Shown here: positions 39,205 to 51,882 of the stretch, piece by piece
Layout: every line of letters begins with the position of its first letter
Numbering within the stretch: position 1 is the stretch's first letter
Source: Octopus vulgaris
Taxonomy: Eukaryota
Assembly (NCBI GenBank): GCA_951406725.2
Contig: OX597817.1
Coordinates: 39,122,001-39,186,000 of the forward strand
Reading direction: 5' to 3'
Length of the DNA stretch: 64,000 bases
Notes under the pieces: model-generated
Seen by the model: the letters and a program-made list of their open reading frames with translations, nothing else
Databases searched by the model: none
What the model was told of the DNA's origin: nothing
Translations under genes and position numbers: made by a program

Positions 39205-40264
39205 CTGTAGAAAAAAAAAACAAAGCATTTAATTACTGACTCACCATTGTACTGGGTACATTTGTGACCTAATGCTGCTCTAACAGAGCTTTTTCTTTAG
39301 AACTTGCTGCTGGACTGCCAGTTCTGTTTTCTATCATTCACTTCATCACTCTCTCTCTCATATGGAACTTTACACACACAATCCATCATTTCAAGCCTAC
39401 CACAACACACCACACACTGCACTCCACTTCCTTTCCAAATCTTGTATTACAGTCCCTCAAACTTTTTATATTTTACATTAACTATTAACTACACTAATGT
39501 AATCTACCCAATTATCACCCTGATCCCAAAGGAAGCCACCCCCAACTGGTTATAGAGGCAATACTGTATTCCAGTGCAACTCTCTCCCTCCTCCCTTTTA
39601 CCATTCTCTCTCTTACTTCAAGAAGTGGAACTTATTATAATTCATTTCAGACTGTTATCAAGCATAAAAAGAGGACACCATTCCAAATCTGCCAAAACAG
39701 TTAAACTAGTATGATTCTAATCATTTTCTTTCTTTACTTATTTTTTTTTTCACTTCTTTTGAAAGCTGAAACCTAACCATTATTATATTGCTGCTATCAG
39801 ACATAATTTATATTTTTATTTGTTTATCAGGCTCCAGTCTCTGTTTTTTCATTTCTTCATTTCTTGATATTAAATATTACAAATTTATCTCAAGACTTTA
39901 TTAATTTAATGTTTATAGGAAATCTAGAATTGTCAGACCATAGAACTGATATTGAAATAATGATATCTCATTAAGACCAAGTTATTTATTGTAGAATAGC
40001 TTTGGGGACAACAACCTTAAACCATCCCACTTCCCTCTTGAAACGCTATAAGTTTCTTGGATGGTTGGGTTTTGGTGTCATTCTTCAAACTGTTGCATGT
40101 TGATGAAAGAGGTCATTATAACCTGCTAGTAGAATATGGTAAGGCCAGACATACCAAGTGGTTATTCCACTCTTAATCAGATCTAAGATAAGCAATTAAT
40201 AGCAACATTTATGTCATGGTAAACTGACACTGTTTAGTCTAAAACAGTTCTTATTTTGAATGGA

Positions 40265-40600
40265 AAGTGAATGAAGAACTGTGCTCTCTCATTCCGTTAG
40301 TAGCAAAAGGAATACAGAACTGCATGTCCTTTCTTCCTCCATGACAGAGTAAACAGAAAGCTGTGTACCCTTTCTTTTTCAGTAGTGAATACAGAACTGT
40401 GATTTCTTTTTATAGTTAAAGGCAGACCAGAGTGAATATTGAGCTATATATCCTCCTTTAGTGCAGAATGACTATAGAGCTATGTTCTCTCTTTTCCCCA
40501 TTGGTAGATTGAATACAGAACTACACACTTTCCCTTCAATAACTTAGTGAATATGAGCTGTGTAACCCCTTCTGTGACAGAGTGACTACAGGGTTGTGAA
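40265..40600. repeat. Old degenerate minisatellite (about 9 units with an agtgaatacagaactgtg-like core)
   Basis: The core recurs every ~30-50 bp, followed by pyrimidine runs. Confidence 0.6.
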
Positions 40601-43600
40601 CATCAGTCAACTATATACTTAACTGTATACTTGTGTTTTTACCTCTCACTCTGTTTATTAGTCTTTATATTTCATCTTTTTACTGTTTCCTCTCCTTACC
40701 AACCTTCCCTCCCATCTACCTCCCTTTTCAGCTTAGCTCTCTATATCTTTAAACATATTTGTCCTATTCTCTGTCATGAAAGTTTTAGTAACCATGATAA
40801 ATTGTCTGATGAATGACATAGGCCCAAAACATTAAATTCTCCTTCATTCCTGACAGCAACTGAACCTATTGAACTCATGTACAAACTCTCCCACTTATTG
40901 TTGCTCACACACTGTCACAATTTTCTCTGAATTCCAGATACGTTTATCCAGTGATTGTGTCTGTTTATCTCTCTCACTGCCATAAACAAGGTTGGAATGA
41001 AGTGTATTTCTGTGTTTATCTTTCTCTGATCTCTCTGCTTTCTATATTCATGTCTTTCTCATTCTACAAGCCAGGACTTGTTATTCTCTGCTGAAACTTC
41101 TGATAGTCATGATATGATTTATAGCAATTCTAAGCTCACAGAATTTCAAATACTTTATTGTTGTTAGACTCTGACATTTGAAGATTTCAGATTCAATTCT
41201 TCCTGCACAGAATTTTCTTTTTTAGGCTTTTGTTTTCTTTGGCTGTGCTTTATTAAAAGAATAGGAGGTAGATTATAGATTCTACTTTGGTAAACTTTTT
41301 GTGTGTATGTGTGTGTGCGAGAGCAACAGAGAGATGTCATTTAACCTTGTTCTTTTATTTTGAGTTAATTTATTTAGGATTACCAATGTTGCTATTATTA
41401 ATCTTTGAGTGTCAATTGCTTAATTATTAATCTTATGACTACCAAACTTAATATTACTGACCTTATGACTATTAATTTATCATGTCAATATCATTACCAA
41501 TCTTATATCAGTCATTTGGCCATCAATCTTAAGAGTATTAATCTTAATGATAATCGGTCTTATGATACACTGATTGTCTTTTAAAATATCTTTATTTCAA
41601 GTGTTTATTTATCAGTTGTGTGTGTGTGCTAGAGAGACAACAGACAAACAAACTGACACAGGTAGAAATTGCTAGCAAGTATGAACCATAAGCTAAATCA
41701 TTCATCAAAAGATTAAATTAAAACAATTCATAAATGTGGTCACAGCTAACATTATGTATTCACCACCATCATCATTTTAACGTCCACTTTTCCATGCTTG
41801 CATGGTTCAGACAGAACTTGTTGAGGTGTATTTTTGAGGACTGGATGCCCTTTCTGTCACCGACCTTCATGTGTTTCCACTTAAGGTAATATTTCTCCAT
41901 GATCAGACATGTTTTGATGGAAGACTGGAAGCAATGGACACTGCTTGTAGGATGGTGATAGTCATTTACAATTATTTCATGATGTTAAGGCAAGGAGACA
42001 GCAACACACACACACACACACACACGTATATAAAATCTATTATTCCAATATTGTTGAAAATTGTTAAAAGCCCTTGCACCATTATGAAAAAATGGTTGCA
42101 TTAAAACAAACAGTAAAAAAATAAAGTTTCTTTCATGAGAGTATTATGAGTATCATTATGTATGCATTAGCCTGCTGCTTGCTTAATTATTAAAGTGTTC
42201 TTTCTATTATAATAATTACAGTCTGTTACAGACCTAGTTTCTGTTCTCATTAAATTTATGGTCAATCTCTAGAAACACAATACAGTAAACCCCATCCTGA
42301 AGAAGGGCAATTTCTTTGACATTGCCAGTTACTATCCTCTTATCTACAATGCCGAAATTTTTTTATCTCCCATCTTCTAAGTAATCACTAGTTTTGTTCC
42401 TCTTTGAGCCATATCTACAAGTGACTTTCCTATGTCATACCAGTGGGTTTCTGGCCTTGAGAACTTTGATATTAAAGGCATCATTGTTGCTTTTACTAAA
42501 GTTTTTTAAATGTATATTGTATAATTTCATGTAATTGTATAGTTGTTCACCTATGGCTTCCATTTGTCTTAGATTAGAAGTTTCATGCCCAATTTCTGCT
42601 TTGCAACATGTACTCCTATCCCTGACTCCTATCCCTGCGACTCTGGTATATACATCTGAAGTGCAGTTACATCATTTGTACCTTTTTAGTACAATAATGA
42701 CATATTTGCCATTACTTCTGTATTTAGGTATCATTCTTCATTCCTCCATAACCTTACAGCAGGGGTTATCTGCACTGACCCCCCCTTGACACCACACCTG
42801 CACTTCTTCCATGAATGGAGATTTTGAAAACCTCCTATGTGGACATGAATGCTGACCAATCCAGGAGTTGAACCCACAATTTTATGTTGTGTCCTTGAGT
42901 AATGCATTTCATTCCATGTTGCTACAATCAATTCAGCTGTAAACGTCTACAAGCTGGGTGCTGGTTCATCTCTCTCTCTCTCTCTCTCCTTCCTGCTGTC
43001 ACATCCTGGACATTCTGTTGAGTCATGAGCAAGTATGGCGCTGTTGAGTCATGAGCAAGTCTGCTTATATAATACTTTCACTAACTGTTTTAGGTACCTC
43101 TGTGCTTATGTTACCAAGCCATACTTGTTGGGTGACTGTATTGTACTTGTGTTAATAACAAAAATGCTGTATTAATTATAAATATGCCAGATGCTTATTG
43201 GCTATGAATTTATTAGTAAAAGAAATGTGAGAATTTTTAAATGCCTTGGAAGAAGGTCAGTGGAGTAGTGTTTAGTTTTGTTCCTCTGCATTTAAGGTTC
43301 AGATGCAACAAATGTCTTCTGTGTTTCTTTTATTAAATCCTTGTGGTGTTTATAAATGGGTACTGGTACCATGAGAAAAAAGCACCCAGTACACTCTGTA
43401 AAATGGTTGACATAAGGAAGGGCATACAGCCACAGAAAGCATGCCAAAGCAGACATTGAAGCTTGGCACAGCCTTCTAGCTCACTGGTTTCTGTTGAACC
43501 ATCTAAGTTATGCCAACATAGAAATAGGGATGTTTAAATGGTCATGAGGTACTGTTCAGCTAATGAACACAAATGGGTGGTCCTGTAGCAATGTTAGAAA

Positions 43601-44413
43601 TTATTGCTATTCAAAGCAATTGTGAACAATAATAGAGCTTCATCAGATCTTCGGTGCTGAAAGAAAATTCCTAAGAATTATTAGTGACTATATTCCAGAG
43701 GGTGTACTGAAATGAGACAACAATGTGCTGGACATTACCCAATCCGAAAAGCATCAGTGGTGGGGATAAAAGATTGTCTTCAGATCTGAATCACCCTAAT
43801 TAAGATTGTAGGGGACAAACATCAATGAAATTATAAATAATTTCAATACTTGTAATGAAATTATTTAATGGGGATTCTAATTTATGTTTGATACACATAT
43901 TCTTGTAAATGTTATATATTTAAGTTTTCAGATTTCTGGAATTTTTTTTCAGATTCTTTTAAAAAAAGATACTGGTATTTTTCCTTTTATTCTTTTACTG
44001 TTTTAAGTTTTGGACTCTGGCCATGCTGGAGTACTGCCTTCAAGGGTTTTAGTCAATCTAATCATCCTCAGTGCAGTACTTATTTTATCAGTTCTTAATT
44101 ATCAATTTACTAGGTTACATAAATTCACAGTAATGCTACTCTGAGTTTTGGCATGATTTTTATGACTGGATGTCCTTCCTAATGTCAACCACTTTACTGA
44201 GTGTACTGGGTGCTTTTATAGGACACTGGCACTTATACATGGCACAAGTATGGGTGCTTTTTACATGGTACCAGTACCCCATTAGTCTGCAAGATCAGGA
44301 TCACACAGCTGAAAAGGGATGTAGGGGACATGGCTGTATGCAAGGACAGCCATGATTTTGCTTACTTTGACATGTCTTCTGAAGTACAGAAAACCATATA
44401 TATGTGTGTGTGT

Positions 44414-44450
<37 letters not shown>

Positions 44451-44453
<3 letters not shown>

Positions 44454-44673
44454 GAAAAGGTGTTCAGAATGCTGGATGGTTGTAAAAAAATATATATTTA
44501 TTTACATATCACATATTATTTCTTCATATTTTTAAGCGCTTTCGACTACTACTGTAGTCTCATCAGAAATGATGAGACTACAGTAGTAGTTGAAATATGA
44601 AGAAATAATATGTGATATGTAAATAAATATATATTTTTACAACCATCCAGCATTCTGAATGCCTTTTTCTTTT
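44451..44673. mobile_element. Palindromic Penelope-like fragment inserted in a TA microsatellite
   Basis: Arms aaagaaaaggtgttcagaatgctggatggttgt... and ...acaaccatccagcattctgaatgcctttttcttt are reverse complements, centred near 44568. Confidence 0.75.
44529..44570 (-). ncRNA. Minimal type I hammerhead ribozyme with canonical core
   Basis: Minus strand reads aTTT-CTGATGA-GACTAC(agta)GTAGTC-GAAA-GCGC-TTA-AAA: perfect stem II, palindromic stem III, UUA cleavage site, short A-U stem I. Confidence 0.7.
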
Positions 44674-44706
44674 ATATGTATTAAATCTGTACATCACCCC
44701 CAATAC

Positions 44707-44759
<53 letters not shown>

Positions 44760-45797
44760 AATATATGTATAAGAAATTCATTTGTATATCTATATTTTTT
44801 TCATTCTAATTAGACAAAAGGAGTAAAACAAGTGAGGGCATAGATTATATATAATTCCATTGTGTTTGGATATTGTGTAAATTTTAATTGGCTAAGTGAT
44901 CTAAGAAGTAGTTGATTGTGTCTGAAAATAACTGCAAAATACGAAGTTGAGGAAAACAGTGTCTGACTAATGTTTCTAAATTGGTGTGTACACTTATTTC
45001 TGTCAAAAAGTTTCCTGCTAGATGTATTAACCTTCCTTCACAGTTCGGTGCCAAGCACCATATAATCTGTAAGTATTTGCTTGCACGTGTGAGCGTGTGT
45101 TTGTGATGAGAGAGAGAGAGAGAAAGAGATTGGTATGGGTAACCCCTTTTATGAAGAATATTTAGCCAGCAAAGTAGATTAAACGAAACAATACTCTGTG
45201 TAATATTGAATGACCATTTGTTCCCTGGATGGATTATAATACTCGGCTACTCAAACATTTCAAACAGATATCATATTTAATAACTTCAAAGATTACTAAA
45301 CAATAAAATAAGAATTACTTTCAGCTTTCTTTTAAACATTCTATTTCCTATTGCTCCTTTCATGTTGATTATTATTATTATTATAGCAGTTAACTAGCAG
45401 AAGTTTTAGCATGCTGGACATAATGCTCAGTGGTATTTTATCTGGCTTTTTTCTGAGCTCAAATTCCATCCTTTTGGTGCTGTTAAAATAAGCATCAGTC
45501 AAATACTTGAGTTGATCTAATTGACTTCTCACTCACCTTAAAAACTGGTAACCCTGTACCAACATTAGGAACCATTATTATTATTAAGGCGGTGAGCTGG
45601 CAGAATCATTAGAATGCCAAGCGAAATGCTTAGTAGTATTTCGTCTGTCACTACATTCTGAGTTCAAATTCTGCCGAAGTCGACTTTGCCTTTCATCCTT
45701 TTGGGATTGATAAATCAAGTACTAGTTGAAAACTGGAGTCAATGTAATTGACTATCCCCCGCCCCAAATTTCAGGCCTTGTGCCTATAGTAGAAAGG

Positions 45798-45829
<32 letters not shown>

Positions 45830-47464
45830 GATGATGATGATGAAGGTAGTGAGCTGACAGAATCTTTAGCACGCTGGGTGAAATGCTTAGTGGTATTTCG
45901 TCTGTCTTTACATTCTGAGTTCAAATTCTGCCAAGGTTGACTTTGACTTTCATCGTTTCGGAATTGATAAATTAAGTACCAGTGAAACACTGGGGTTGAT
46001 GCGGTCAACTAGTTCCTTCCCCCAAATGGCTGTCCTTGTGGCAAAATTTGAAACCATTATTATTACTACTTACATTCTTTCTGCTAGCTACAAAATATGT
46101 CATACATGGTTAAGTCTTTTAACCATTGTTGTTTAACCATTGGCACATTTTCCATGAATCTCACAAATGTAGGTTTTTGTTTTGATCATAAAGTTATTAA
46201 TGATAGTTCGGCACTTTTGTTTAATTTTTTAATCACATATATCAGGTGCCAGAAATACAGTTGTTGTTTAGCCCCACATTGGCCCATGACTGAACAGACC
46301 TAGGGTCAGAAACATTCTAGCCATGGCCATCCATTCTTTTCTTATCTAAACCAAAAAAAAGCACGCCTGTCTGTGTCTCTCTCTCTGCAGACACACAGAC
46401 ACATGTTATGATTGAAATAAACATAATAAATTTATGTGGAATTAGGAATTGGCCACCAATTCTTCTCATTATTTCTCGGGTATTGCTGGATGAATCCTCA
46501 CACTCTTATAGAATTTCATAAAATATATTCAAGGTGGGAAGCTGGCAGAGTCATTTGCAGACCAGGTAAAATGTTTAGGAGTATTTAATCTGTCTTTACA
46601 TTCTGAGTTCAGATCCTACCAATGCTGACTTTGCCTTTCATCCTTTCAAGATCAATAAAATAAGTGCAAGTTGAGCACTGGGGGTCGATGTAATTGAATT
46701 ACCCCCTTTCCCAAAATTGCCGGCCTTCCGCCAAAATTTGAAACCAGTATGATATATTGATATCTATATTGTGATTTCAAAGTACAATAGAACCTCACAG
46801 TATGAGTGCCCCATTGTATGAATAATTTGCGTACGAGCTGAGACTCGTGCAAATTTTTGTCTTGAAGTGTGAGCGGAAATCCGCATTACAAGCACACAAA
46901 TTGTCCCATCTTTAAGGTAATTCAGTTAATAAAACCAGTTTATGTATTTCTTTTGCATTCCCATTTTTTATAACTGTCATTTTACTTGTAACTACACCTT
47001 TTCTGTTTTAAAACCTATAAAAAATTATTTTTGATTGGTTTTTGGGGGCTGGAATGGATTATTTATATTTTAGTTAATTTCAATGGGGAAAATTTATTTG
47101 TAAACTGAGTAAATCATAAGACAAGCTTGGTCATGAAACAAATTAAACTCATACTGTGAGTATCTGGAATATTTTCAGAACAAGATTGTTTCTTACTGTA
47201 GTTTAACAGATAGTTTCAATTTATACTCATATTAAGTAACAATTGAGTTTGGATTAAAGTCTAATTCTTTATCTCTATTGTAATAATATTCTTGGCCTTT
47301 TCATTTTAGATCTAAAGACTGAAGATTTACTACTTTTTTATTTTTATTATCCACATGTTGTTCTTTAGCTCTAGGTCAACTAGGAACCAGAAGACTTTTG
47401 ATCAGACATTCTAGTCATAACCAGTTTGTCTTTCCAAGCATAGATTATTACAGACTACACTGTA

Positions 47465-47810
47465 CTGTCTGTGGAGAAATAACTAAAATTTGCTCTGTTT
47501 ATAATTATACCATATGTCACATATATACTATATCATACCTTGATACTGTGTGGACTAAGATCCCCGTTCATAGGCCACTGGTATTTATAGTGTTAAACAC
47601 TTTCGGTATGTAAATTAGGGACTCCTTCATAGAGTAACTGCAGCATTTTTTGAGTATATAAACAGTTGGGCTGCTTGTTTCTCTGGAGACTATCAAAATG
47701 ATGTAGAAGCCTCTGATGAGAACCCAATAAGGTGTGAAAATTAAGGTTGTTCATTTCTTCAGTCTGCAGAGAAATGGCTAAAATTTGCCCTGTTTATAAT
47801 TATACTATAT
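47465..47810 (+). mobile_element. Decayed Penelope-like terminal repeat (~296-bp period) with a hammerhead-like motif at 47708-47748
   Basis: Direct repeat tctg...gagaaat..ctaaaatttgc.ctgtttataattatac at about 47468 and 47764. Motif AGCCT-CTGATGA-gaacc..ggtgt-GAAAATTA-AGGTT with a mismatched stem II. Confidence 0.5.
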
Positions 47811-48719
47811 GCTCCCCCGTGCCGGTGGCACGAAAAAAGCACCATCCGATCATGGCCATTGCCAGCCACACCTGGCCCCCGTGCCAGTGGCGCGTAAAAA
47901 GCACCATCCGACCGTGGCCGTTTGCCAGCCCCATCTGGCACCTAAAAAGCACCCACTACATTCATGGAATGGTTGGCATTAGGAAGGGCATCCAGCCGTA
48001 GAAACATTGCCAGATCAGACTGGGCCTGGTACAGCCTTCTGGCCTCCCAGACCCCACTTGAACCGTCCAACCCATGCTAGCATGGAAAGCGGACGCTAAA
48101 TGATGATGATGATGATATGTATGTATGTAATTCCTGACGAGTAATCTAATTTTTATTTCATGAAGTTTTTTGTTTCTGTCTTTGGAATTAATTAGACTCT
48201 GAAGCAATTTATAGAATGTATATTGGCTCTGTACCAACTTGGATTATGAATTGAATTAAAGATCGTCTACATGTACAATTTTTCCTTTCCTTATTCTTCA
48301 TTTACTGTTTTTGCAAATACTGAATATATATTTTTATATATATTCTTTACTTGGATTGTATTGGCAGATTTGGATGTTTGACATCCCTTTGAAGGATTTC
48401 AGTCCTCACCTCTTATATCTATATATATATTTTGTCAGTAGGATGTAATTTGAGGGAAATTTGGTTGGTATTTATTGCAAGTTGAGTGACCATGTAGAGG
48501 CATCCTTATTTATTTTAACTACAATTGTATATCTGTCTGACAGCCATTTTTGTTCTCTTTCTCTGGTATTTTGATTAAATTCCTGTAACAGTTTCCATTA
48601 AAAAAAAGTTTGTTTATTTGTACTACTGGGGAAGAAAGCTTTACCTGTCCCTGTCTCCCCAATTTTGTGTGTGTGTGTGTGTGTGTCTAAGTCTGTTTCA
48701 ACTGTGTCTAATCACTTAC

Positions 48720-48795
48720 CTGTATGTTCTGACGTAACATCCTGTTTCTGTTTTGGTTTGTAACCAAACTTTCCAACACTTTCGCTTTCTTCCAT
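48720..48795 (-). CDS. Candidate start-codon exon of an unrecognised nested antisense gene (MEESESVGKFGYKPKQKQDVTSEHT)
   Basis: actATGG Kozak context, upstream in-frame TAG, CAG|GTAAGT donor, phase 1 out, non-repetitive sequence. Confidence 0.5.
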
Positions 48796-49816
48796 AGTAA
48801 TCTCTGGCCAGTTGCCAATCACCAAGCTCTAGTTGTTGACTTTACTTCAGTAAATATGCCTTCTAGTACCACAAAGAGTCTTTGGCATCTGATGGATGTT
48901 ACGAAGTGAATACTAGTGTATTTGCTAATAGGAGGCCATTTAGCTGCAATATTCTACATTTCTTGACATACACACAACTCTACTCCCAGTCTACTCTATG
49001 GAAACACAGTTTTTATACTAAGTTAAATCAAGTAGACTTTGTATGATTTTAACCCTTTTAATTTTATGCATTTATTTAATGCTCATAATTGCTGCCATGA
49101 TATATCTCATGATCAGACCTTGAAAGGGAGTATTTCTTTTAAATGAGTTTTATTGGAGGAATACTAGGAGTAATGTAGTCAAACTCTATCAAATGTAATC
49201 TTAGATATGTAACATGGTTGTGATAATATCATATGCTTGTGAAGAGGAGGTGCAGGGGGTACAAACACAAACCCTTAAATTTTTGCGGGGCAATGAGAAC
49301 GCTTTCAACATCCTGGGTTGGACCTGTGTTTGCACCCACTTGGCAAATTTCGTTCCCATATTTTTGGATTATATAGTTGTTTCCTTAACAATATTTTAAG
49401 GATATTGACACACTTTAGCTACATTCACTATTTGTAAGAGGTTATCTATCTAGATTTCATGACCAAATCTAGTGCTTGTTTTTGGTAATGCATCAGTTAA
49501 TGGTCTTTTAAGCTAGGTTTTCATTGTAGAATTCAGGAAGTGCACATGCAAAGAATAAGTAAAGATTAGAGAAATGTTTTCTAAAACATTCTAGAAAATG
49601 TGAGAAGTGACTGGATTGAATATGTTTAAAATGAAAGAATTTGCATCACTTTCCCCTAGTTTATGGTACAAACTTGGACCTAGCCTCTCATTGTTATGGG
49701 GAAAATCTGGTTATATTTTGGAATTAAGCCCTATACAAATTCCATGAAACATTTAGTTGTTGGAGATGTACTTGCATCGCCTGTGACTTGATCTGAGATT
49801 GTGTGCTGAAACAAAA

Positions 49817-51454
49817 ATGTTTGTAAGCCATTCAAGAATACACAAAAACTGTTAGTTTTACTTCAACATTTAAATTTCATTTGTGTCAAAATATTTTTGT
49901 CATTTTGAAACCGCAACCAGTTCACTGACAAAACTTTGTGCTGCACAAAGTTTTGTTAGTGAGCAGGTCGCAATTTCAAAGTTTTGTCGGTGAGCAGGTC
50001 ACAGTTTCAAAGTTTTGTCGGTGAGCAGGTCACAGTTTCAAAGTTTTGTCAGTGAGCAGGTCGCAGTTTCAAAGTTTTGTTAGCGAGCAGGTCGCAGTTT
50101 CAAAGTTTTGTTAGCGAGCAGGTCGCAGTTTCAAAGTTTTGTTAGCGAGCAGGTCGCAGTTTCAAAGTTTTGTCAGTGAGCTGGTCACAGTTTCAAAGCA
50201 GCAAGTAGGTCACAGTTTCAAAGTTTTGTCAGCGAGCTGGTCGCAGTTTCAAAGTTTTGTCAGCGAGCTGGTCGCAGTTTCAAAGTTTTGTCAGCGAGCT
50301 GGTCGCAGTTTCAAAGTTTTGTCAGCGAGCTGGTCGCAGTTTCAAAGTTTTGTCAGCGAGCTGGTCGCAGTTTCAAAGTTTTGTCAGCGAGCTGGTCGCA
50401 GTTTCAAAGTTTTGTCAGCGAGCTGGTCGCAGTTTCAAAGTTTTGTCAGCGAGCTGGTCGCAGTTTCAAAGTTTTGTCAGCGAGCTGGTCGCAGTTTCAA
50501 AGTTTTGTCAGCGAGCTGGTCGCAGTTTCAAAGTTTTGTCAGCGAGCTGGTCGCAGTTTCAAAGTTTTGTCAGCGAGCTGGTCGCAGTTTCAAAGTTTTG
50601 TCAGCGAGCTGGTCGCAGTTTCAAAGTTTTGTCAGCGAGCTGGTCGCAGTTTCAAAGTTTTGTCAGCGAGCTGGTCGCAGTTTCAAAGTTTTGTCAGCGA
50701 GCTGGTCGCAGTTTCAAAGTTTTGTCAGCGAGCTGGTCGCAGTTTCAAAGTTTTGTCAGCGAGCTGGTCGCAGTTTCAAAGTTTTGTCAGCGAGCTGGTC
50801 GCAGTTTCAAAGTTTTGTCAGCGAGCTGGTCGCAGTTTCAAAGTTTTGTCAGCGAGCTGGTCGCAGTTTCAAAGTTTTGTCAGCGAGCTGGTCGCAGTTT
50901 CAAAGTTTTGTCAGCGAGCTGGTCGCAGTTTCAAAGTTTTGTCAGCGAGCTGGTCGCAGTTTCAAAGTTTTGTCAGCGAGCTGGTCGCAGTTTCAAAGTT
51001 TTGTCAGCGAGCTGGTCGCAGTTTCAAAGTTTTGTCAGCGAGCTGGTCGCAGTTTCAAAGTTTTGTCAGCGAGCTGGTCGCAGTTTCAAAGTTTTGTCAG
51101 CGAGCTGGTCGCAGTTTCAAAGTTTTGTCAGCGAGCTGGTCGCAGTTTCAAAGTTTTGTCAGCGAGCTGGTCGCAGTTTCAAAGTTTTGTCAGCGAGCTG
51201 GTCGCAGTTTCAAAGTTTTGTCAGCGAGCAGGTCGCAGTTTCAAAGTTTTGTCAGCGAGCAGGTCGTAGTTTCAAAGTTTTGTCAGCGAGCAGGTCGTAG
51301 TTTCAAAGTTTTGTCAGCGAGCAGGTCACAGTTTCAAAGTTTTGTCAGCGAACAGGTTGCAGTTTCAAAGCGATGAAAATATTTTGACACAAATGAAATT
51401 CAAATGTTGAAGTGAAGCTGACAGTTTTTGATTGTTCTTGAATGGCTTACAAAC
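49817..51454. mobile_element. Palindromic element whose right arm contains the satellite
   Basis: 49817-49941 (tgtttgtaagccattcaagaa...ctgacaaaactttgtgc) is the reverse complement of one repeat unit plus 51371-51454 (...ttcttgaatggcttacaaaca). Confidence 0.8.
49946..51370. repeat. 31-bp tandem satellite, about 46 copies (caaagttttgtcagcgagctggtcgcagttt)
   Basis: Direct reading: homogeneous core, variant units at both edges, one interruption near 50200. Confidence 0.97.
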
Positions 51455-51882
51455 ATCTTCCATGCTGCAATTATGATTTAGTTGTTTAGCTTCAAATTAA
51501 AGGTGGGCAGATGTTCCCATTGTTTCTGCATGTTGTTTAGTAATTGTTTATAATATAGACACAGGGCCTGAAAATTGTTGTGGAAGGGGTTAATTTGTTG
51601 TATCAATCCCAGTACATTATTTTGACTCTGAAAAGATAAAGGGCAAAGTTAACCCAATTGGGATTAAACTCAGAATGTCAGGAGCCAAAATAAATATTGC
51701 AAAACATTTTATTCCACAGCTCTTAATCTCATAGACCACTTAATAATTATAATCATTGGTGTTCATTACAATTCTTATGGATAATCCATATTAGCTTAAA
51801 TCCTTTTTCTTGTGTGTATTTTAAGAAATATTTTAAAACCATTTTATCTTTAAGTGAAATTTCGTTACATTTTATGTTTCAG

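Larger units (their letters stand above)
624..51882 (+). other. Large SCFD1 intron (51,259 bp) hosting nested antisense sequences
   Basis: GT..AG bounded. The flanking exons join in frame with no gap relative to the recalled SCFD1 protein. Confidence 0.85.

Noticed and set aside
46074-46087. 14-nt minus-strand microexon (ttttgtAG...GTAAGT)
   Set aside because: Its phase (1 to 0) is incompatible with the next candidate exon, and the donor abuts a SINE tail; likely chance.
50139-51376. Three long ORFs (347-376 aa) and a CRISPR-like appearance
   Set aside because: They come from a stop-free 31-bp tandem repeat read in all frames. There are no unique spacers or cas genes, and the context is eukaryotic.
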